In this document: one piece after another, positions 57,215-64,000 of the stretch | Position numbering within the stretch: the stretch's first letter is position 1 | Layout: each line of letters opens with the position of its first letter | NCBI GenBank assembly: GCA_951406725.2 | Contig: OX597827.1 | Location: forward strand, 79,112,001-79,176,000 | DNA from: Octopus vulgaris | Lineage: Eukaryota | Direction: 5' to 3' | Length of the DNA stretch: 64,000 nucleotides | Translations under genes and position numbers: made by a program | Notes under the pieces: generated by a model | Database searches by the model: none | What the model saw: only the letters and a program-made list of their open reading frames with translations | What the model was told of the DNA's origin: nothing

Positions 57215-58580
57215 CGTGTGTCCAAAATCATGCAGTAGGAAGGAGTGAGAGAAAGTAATAGCAACGAGAGAGAGGAAGTGGTAAAGCGAGTGTTGTGTTC
57301 ACCATACACATACACGTGTGTGTATATATTGAACTGTTATGGGCCCAAGTTAACCAAGGGAGATAACTCTGTGGTGACACACCATCCTGCTACAAACTTC
57401 ACGGTTGAATGGTTACATAGAGAAACATCATTTAAGTGTACACTTTGATATGAATAGTGCTAATCAATCACTAATACATACCTTTAATCAATATAGTTCA
57501 ACCAATGAAACTCTATTGCATTAGTACATGGAATGAATATATATTTCTTAGGATTTAATTTATTAAAACTATTCCATTGTAACCATTGGAGATGAAACAA
57601 AAATATTAAGAAAACCACAGAAAAAAAAAACACAAGGGATGATTGATAGATGATCCTTTTTTACTTTTTACTTTCATGGTTGGATGGTTTTAAGAGCTGA
57701 ATCTCCTAGCAACTGCTAATTAATTCACTGTAGTGAATGCCAAGCAATTTGGAATAAGTAGAGCCAGGTGTCTTGCTCAAGGGGACAACGTAATGTTAGT
57801 TGTAGCAAGGTTTGAACTAATGACAACAGGGTTAGTAGGGCAACACGGCAACATTATAATTGTTGTCTCTTCACTGAAGATGTTCTGGTGTTTTGGTGGC
57901 TTATCTTTTATCAAGTTGCTCCTCATCTTCATCTTCACTGTTTTGTTTAGAATGCTGCAGCACCAGATCATGAATTACATGAGAACTGGTTATTTAGAAA
58001 TAAGATAATTCTTCAACTCAGACACGTTGGAATATCAGGAAGAAAGATCAGGGAATCTTATATTTTAGACAGAAAAAGAAAAAAAATGAATTTATCAAAT
58101 GGATAATTTTGCTCCAAACCATTGCTGGTCTCCTCTAGTTCTGGAAATTAACTATATTTAAGGGTCAGTGTCATCTCTCATTGCATACATTTTTGGAAAA
58201 TGAAGCCATAACAGAAATTTTATTGACACAAACTGACTATAACACCCAAGTTTATATGTTTACTACATATTTAACAATTTATTGAAAAAGACACAAAAAG
58301 GGAATTAAAAAAATTTTCCTTGTTACACTGTTCAGTATCTTAGGTGACCCTGAAAGGATATCTCTAATGTTATAAAACCCAAAGATGTTCTTTCCTTATT
58401 CAGATATAATCGAGTTCTTTGTGAGTGTGTATGTGTGTGTGTGTGTGTGTGTGTGTTAAAGATAGAGAGGGAGAGAAAGAGAAATTGAGAGAGAAGAGAG
58501 AGATAGATAGATAGAGATAGAGAGAGAGAGTACATTAGTTATAAGTTAGATTTAGTTTCCAACAAGGTAGTCATAATTAC

Positions 58581-58743
58581 CTGATGTTCCTTCAACATCC
58601 TCATAGTCTTTCAGATGTTCCTTGTTTTTAATAAGTTCCTTATTACTCCTTGTGAATCCAGAATCATTCATGTAGCTGTTAACTTTAGCACAGTCACGGT
58701 TGATGTGTTCATAGGAAGACCTCATCTTCTCCCCACCATATGT
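58581..58743 (-). CDS. Protocadherin cytoplasmic exon 2 (predicted)
   Basis: Acceptor ttatttaacag| and donor TCAG|GTAATT. 163 nt, open in phase 0, matching the upstream donor: TYGGEKMRSSYEHINRDCAKVNSYMNDSGFTRSNKELIKNKEHLKDYEDVEGTS + 1 nt. Contains a DSG motif like protocadherin cytoplasmic motifs. Not in the ORF track. Confidence 0.8.
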
Positions 58744-60220
58744 CTGTTAAATAACATCAACATATAACAATATAATTTAGTGTTTACATCAACATTATTG
58801 TTTAAATAGAACGATGATGATGATGATGGCAATATTATATCATGAAGGTTATTTACAATGTTAAGTGGTCACTGGATGGTCCATGGCCCACTTAAACAAA
58901 GTCTTCAACTCAAATAGCTGTAAACATTAGCCTTTTGTTAGATGCAATTCACAAAACCATAAGTATGACATTTAAAAAGCTGTCAACCCTCAGCCATTCA
59001 TATGACAAGTGCATTCGATGCAAACCATTTATATAACTTACAATTTACAGATGCATTTGATGATGTAACAAACATATTATGTGTAATCCATGTTAGATTT
59101 GAACCACTGACTCCAGTTGCCTAGACTTACAGCCCATAGAAGATATGACGTAACCCCAACTAATATAAGATTTGATCCCTATTCCTGGCAGATTACATTT
59201 CTAGTAGATGTCACTAAAACCTTTGTGAAACACAATTAGCGATTAATTCAAACAAGGCTTACATTCTCTTCACAAATGAAATTGTTTAAATCAATTGTTT
59301 TTAGAAGAGAATTTCTTAATATCTTTCTAAGTTCAGTTGCTGTTAGAAGAGAAAAAGTCTCGTTTCAGACACAGGTCGTTCAACAGAATAATAAAGAAAT
59401 GGCTAGAGTTATACACAGGTTTATTATGATGGTTGCTGACAGAGACCCTCTCCAACTGCCCTTACAACACAACAATTTATGTGGGTCAAAGACTCAGCTG
59501 ATTCAACGAATTTCATAAAAAATTATGTAGAAGTTCAATGTTTGGAGTCTGTCACTTCAAAAAGTATCTTAGACGTGAATGGAATTATAAAAGATGACCA
59601 AACGAGTTTGAAACAAAGAAACAAAAGCCTTGACAAGATGGAGAAGGCTAAGATAAAAGAAAACGAACTTATTGTATACAATGCTCAGGTTTATTACTAT
59701 AAACAGAAAAGGTTAAAAGAGAGGACAGAACACATCAGTAAATCAACTAAATTAAGACATCAATGAAAATCAAAAACTCAGAATAAAACATAAATAGAAA
59801 GAAAATTGAATAGAAAAAGAATCTTGAAGAGGAATGGCTTCATCGGCCACTCATAAAGAGTAGTGAATTTGAGGAATTTTGGGAGGCAACATTATTTCTT
59901 TATATTGAGCTTAGTTCAACATTATTACCTTTTTTCAATCACAGTTCAGTATTATTACCATGTATTTAGTAAAGTTCAACATTATTATTAACTAATGTTA
60001 AGATATTTCAATGAGTTGGTAAACTGTGTTAGTGAAATATGAAATAGGACTTTGTTACATAAATGAGAAAAAAACTTTTGATAAAAACAACATAAAAAGC
60101 ATTTTAAACAGTTGTAGGTGACTGAACCACAGTATTGCTATTTTTCACTGTAAATAGTGGTGAGCCTTGTGGGTCCCACAGCAACCTTTTCCATTTTGTT
60201 CAATCCTTTATGTCTTCCTC

Positions 60221-62702
60221 TTGCTGACCTCCAGGACGATGCTCATTTACTCAAAGCGATAAGATTTGTTTCATCTTCTCATGAATGTTTGATATTAGGA
60301 GACTTCAACGCTCCCACGATCGACTGGCCCACATCAATTTGTACATCCTCTTCCCGGTTCGGCCAGGCCCTTCTTGACATGGCTGAAGCTTGTTTTCTAT
60401 CGCAACATGTTGAATCTCCAACAAGGCATCGGTCTGGGCAGCAGCCATCTATGCTGGATCTGGTATTCTCCCGCTATCCAAGATCAGTGTCAGGCTTATC
60501 TGTGTATGCCCCTCTTGCCAAGAGTGATCATGCGGTCCTGAAGTTCGACATGTACACAACTTTTTCTACACCCACGACTACTTCGCTGCCACGTAGAGTC
60601 TTCTCTGCAATCAATCTTGAAATTCTAACCGAGGCTTCAGCGCTTCTGGATTGGCGATCCCTGATGACGATGTCCTCAGTTGACGAACTATGGTCGTCCC
60701 TCAAAGCATATGTAATCTGGTTGACTGACCAAGCAGTTCCCGTTGGGCTTCCCAAGAAGAAGAAACACAAGCTCTGGGTGACAAAGAAGGTTAAACGAGA
60801 ACTTCGACTCAGAGATATTGCTTGGGCTGAATTAAAAAATCTGGATTCGACTGCAGCTTTTGAGGTGTACAAAACTCGACGAGACCGAGCCGTGAAAATT
60901 GTAAAGGAAGAACGCTTCAGTTATGAATACAAAATCATGGCAAATGCCAGTCACTATCCAAAAGCCTTCTTTGCCCATGTCCAATGGAATTCCCACTTGA
61001 ACAACCAAATTGCAACGTTGGTAGACTCAACAGGTGTATTGATTGAGGACCCTTATCAACAGAGTCAGTTATTTGCCAAGGCTTTTTCAACAATTTTCAA
61101 ACATGATGATGGTCGTGAACCCTCTCCATTTGATAGATCGGTACCTCCAATGCCTAGATTGGTCATCACTCATGATAAAGTCAAATGCATTATTCAAGGC
61201 CTTGATGTCAACAAGGGTCACGGCTCTGACGGCATACACCCACAGGTTATCAAAGCGTTGGCTCTGGTCCTTTAACACTTCTATTCAATATGTCATTGGC
61301 AACGGATGTTGTACCTGCGGACTGGAGAACAGCGATAATCTGCCCGATTTTCAAGAAAAGGAACCACGAAGACCCGCTTAACTACCGACCAGTTTCCCTT
61401 ATTTCAATAATCAGCAAGATGTTCGAAACCATCCTCAAGAAAAGTATGTTGCTCCACCTCCAAACACAGCCGCTATCTCTGATTCCCAACACAGCTTCGT
61501 GCCGAAGAGATCATGCTTGACCAACTTACTAGTAATGGAAGAATTGGTGACGCATATCCTTGGATGATGGTGATGCTGTTGACATCGTTTTATTGGACTT
61601 TGCCAAAGCTTTTGACTTGGTTAACCACCGCCTATTACTTGTCAAGCTTCAAGCACATAGTTTCCATCCGGATATTGTACGATGGGTTGGTGCCTTCCTC
61701 TCAGATCGCTCCTTCCAAGTCCAAGTTAATGGTTCGCTGCCCGACGTCTCCAGTGCGGGCAGTGGCGTGCCTCAAGGTTCAGTGCTTGGGCCGTTATTGT
61801 TTTCAATCTTCATCAATGACTTACCCGATGACCTCACGCAACACACCCTTCTATTTGCCGATGATGTCAAACTGGTTGCTCCTTGCAGTGATATAGATGA
61901 TCTTCGTTGATACCTCCACCAAGTTTGGAGATGGTCAAATGAATGGAACCCGTGTCTGAACGTGTCAAAGTGCTGTCATCTGCCTGTTGGCTCCTCTCCT
62001 TCAACTCAACTTGATTTCGAGCTGGGTAGTCTGCTGCTGGAGAGGACCGACCAGGTAAAGGACCTGGGTATCTTGGTGGATTCTTCCTTTTCGCCTTCGG
62101 CCCAATGCATCCATGCTGCCAACAAAGCACGCAGAGTTCTGTTTTTGATTCGATGGTCATTCGGAATGCTCACAGCAGCAATATTCCTACCACTCTATGT
62201 CATGTTGGTGAGACCCATATTGGAGTACGGGATTCAAGCCTCTTCTCCCTATCTCCTCAAAGACACATCATCTCGAAAGAGTCCAGAAGCTGGCTACCCG
62301 CATGGTTCTTGGTCTCAAGCATTTGTCTTATGAGGAAAGGCTGAAGACGCTTGACCTTTATTCTCTTCAAAAACGCCGCTGCCGTGGTGATCTCATTCTT
62401 GCTCACAACATCATAAGCGGAAAGTGTAACCTCTCGAAAGAGCTGTTCTTCACTCCTGCTCCAGAGCGAAAAGCTCTATCTACGACGATTTCATCTCGAT
62501 CAAAGGAGAGGGGCTTTCTCCGTTTGGGTTGCGGATCCGTGGAATAAGCTGCCGGACGAGATAGTGAAGATGCCGACAACCGCTCGGTTCAAAGTCTCTC
62601 TTGACCAGAAATGGCCTGAACTCTTTGTATGAACACCCTCCCTGTCCCTCTACATAGCCTCACTTTTGCTTTTTGAGCCAAAACATTAAATTAAATTAAA
62701 TT
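60221..62702 (+). mobile_element. 5'-truncated CR1-clade LINE (APE endonuclease + RT) with stops and frameshifts, antisense inside the protocadherin intron
   Basis: Endonuclease motifs CLILGDFNAPTIDW and SDH. RT motifs YRPVSL, LDFAKAFD, GVPQGSVLGP, FADD. CR1-type C-terminus (LSYEERLKTLDLYSLQKRRCRGDLI) and (TAAAT)n 3' tail. Confidence 0.92.
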
Positions 62703-63005
62703 CCTTTCAACAAATTCCTTGCCCTTGTTCCTTCATCCATCACCCCTTAGTCACATTTTTCTTAGTCTTTCTCTTCTACTTCCTTCCACATTCATTTCCA
62801 TTGCTCCTCTCACCTTGTCCCTTTCACCTGTCACTGAGCCAATGACCCAAACATTTTATCCCATTTCTCTTCACACCATCAAGCACTGGCTTCATTCCTA
62901 TCATTCCTTGCAATTCTTGGTTTGCTATTTCCTCTTTCAGCAAAACTCCACTCATCCATTGAACCCTTCTTATCTCTGCTCTTTCCAGCGTTATTACCTG
63001 TGTCA
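62703..63005 (-). mobile_element. Decayed RTE-clade LINE 3' fragment, continued at 60156-60220 across the CR1 insertion
   Basis: ERAEIRRVQWMSGVLLKEEIANQEL...LGHW and VEGSRRERLRK match the RTE C-terminal pattern. The terminal piece EEDIKD*TKWKRLL lies on the other side of the CR1. Confidence 0.6.
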
Positions 63006-63121
63006 TAATTGCATCATAAGTAAGAGTGGTATATTACCTTTTCTACAGCTTCGGAGACACTCAATTCAGGAGACAAATATAAAGTAGAAAAAAAAATAGC
63101 TTTAACTAATTTATCACTTAC

Positions 63122-64000
63122 CTGTGGAACTGGTGGAAGTCTCCGGGGTGTTGTTGAGAATTTCCATTCATTAGGTATCTGTTCCATCTCCGGATAAAAC
63201 TGACTTTTAGATTTTATTGTCTGAAGATTTCGGTTAAATATCTCTTCTGCATTTCTCGTTATTGCAACAGGATTGTTAGTCTGATACAGTAATTGTCTCA
63301 TCTCAGTCTGAGAGAGAAAGTTGGGATTCTCTGCTGTTGTGGGTGAGTTATTTGTGTGATTAATACATCTGAAAACACACAGTGTTATGGACACTACAAT
63401 AGCCACAGATAGTATTACAGCTGCTGCTACAATGATAATTACCCAAGTCATATTCAGGTCGTGACCAGACTGGAATGGCACAGCAGTCAACATTGGAGAT
63501 GTATCATTACTAACAAACAGTGTTAGTATGATAGCAGTTGTTGCTGATTGAACTGGAGTACCACCGTCTTTCACTATAAACTGCAGCTCATATGTTCCTG
63601 CATCATTTTGGTAAACTGTGCGAGAGAAAGATAACACACCAGTGTGTGAGTTCACTGTAAACAGGTTTTTATCATTGGATCTCAGTATTCCATATGTGAG
63701 GAAAGCATTGTTTCCAGTGTCTTTGTCAGATGCTCTCAGAATTGTGATGTCCTTCTTACTGTGTGGATGGTAGTGGACATCGAGATTGTAAGGGTCATTA
63801 TTAGGAAACGTAAAATACGGAGCATTATCGTTTTTATCTAGAATCTCAATAACAATATTGGCAGTGTCATTGAGTGAAGGTGTTCCATTATCTTTCACTA
63901 AAACCTTGAACTTATAGATGTCTTTCATTTCTCGATCTATTGGTTGTGATGTAGAAATAAATCCATATTTTGTCAGTTGGAAAGGAATGTTATCATTGTT
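63122..64000 (-). CDS. Protocadherin, large exon (runs off the window): end of penultimate cadherin repeat, last cadherin repeat, TM helix, start of cytoplasmic tail
   Basis: Open frame from 64000 (NNDNIPFQLTKYGFISTSQPIDREM...). Cadherin Ca-binding motifs IDRE, KDNGTP, DKNDNAP, ASDKDTG, KDGGTP and TM segment WVIIIVAAAVILSVAIVVSITLCVF. Ends ...RRLPPVPQ at a consensus donor CAG|GTAAGT (intron starts 63121, phase 0). Confidence 0.95.

Noticed and set aside
63014-63121. ORF-track C-terminus VSDKLVKAIFF...HSYL of the protocadherin
   Set aside because: It lies after a perfect CAG|GTAAGT donor, and a phase-matched downstream exon exists, so it is most likely intron.

Overview
Repeat-dominated animal genomic DNA. 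The protocadherin type, SINE/LINE repertoire and very high microsatellite load point to a coleoid cephalopod, probably Octopus (inference). The one well-supported protein-coding gene is a minus-strand protocadherin entering from the right edge. It has a large exon (>64000-63122: last cadherin repeats, TM helix, juxtamembrane tail) plus two small cytoplasmic exons that I reconstructed from splice signals and phase (58743-58581; 56066-55984). The rest is mostly tRNA-derived SINEs, RTE/CR1/R4 LINE remnants, a full-length dead mariner with TIRs and TA TSD, a solo LTR, a (TAA)n-embedded ~555-bp retroelement in 5 copies, and long microsatellites. The most notable non-coding signal is a 326-bp inverted repeat (16399-16724). 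It carries an intact type I hammerhead ribozyme core on each strand, with covarying stem I, and probably derives from a Penelope-like element. Nearly all ORFs in the supplied track are microsatellite artefacts. No database searches or folding were run; all family calls come from motif recognition by eye.
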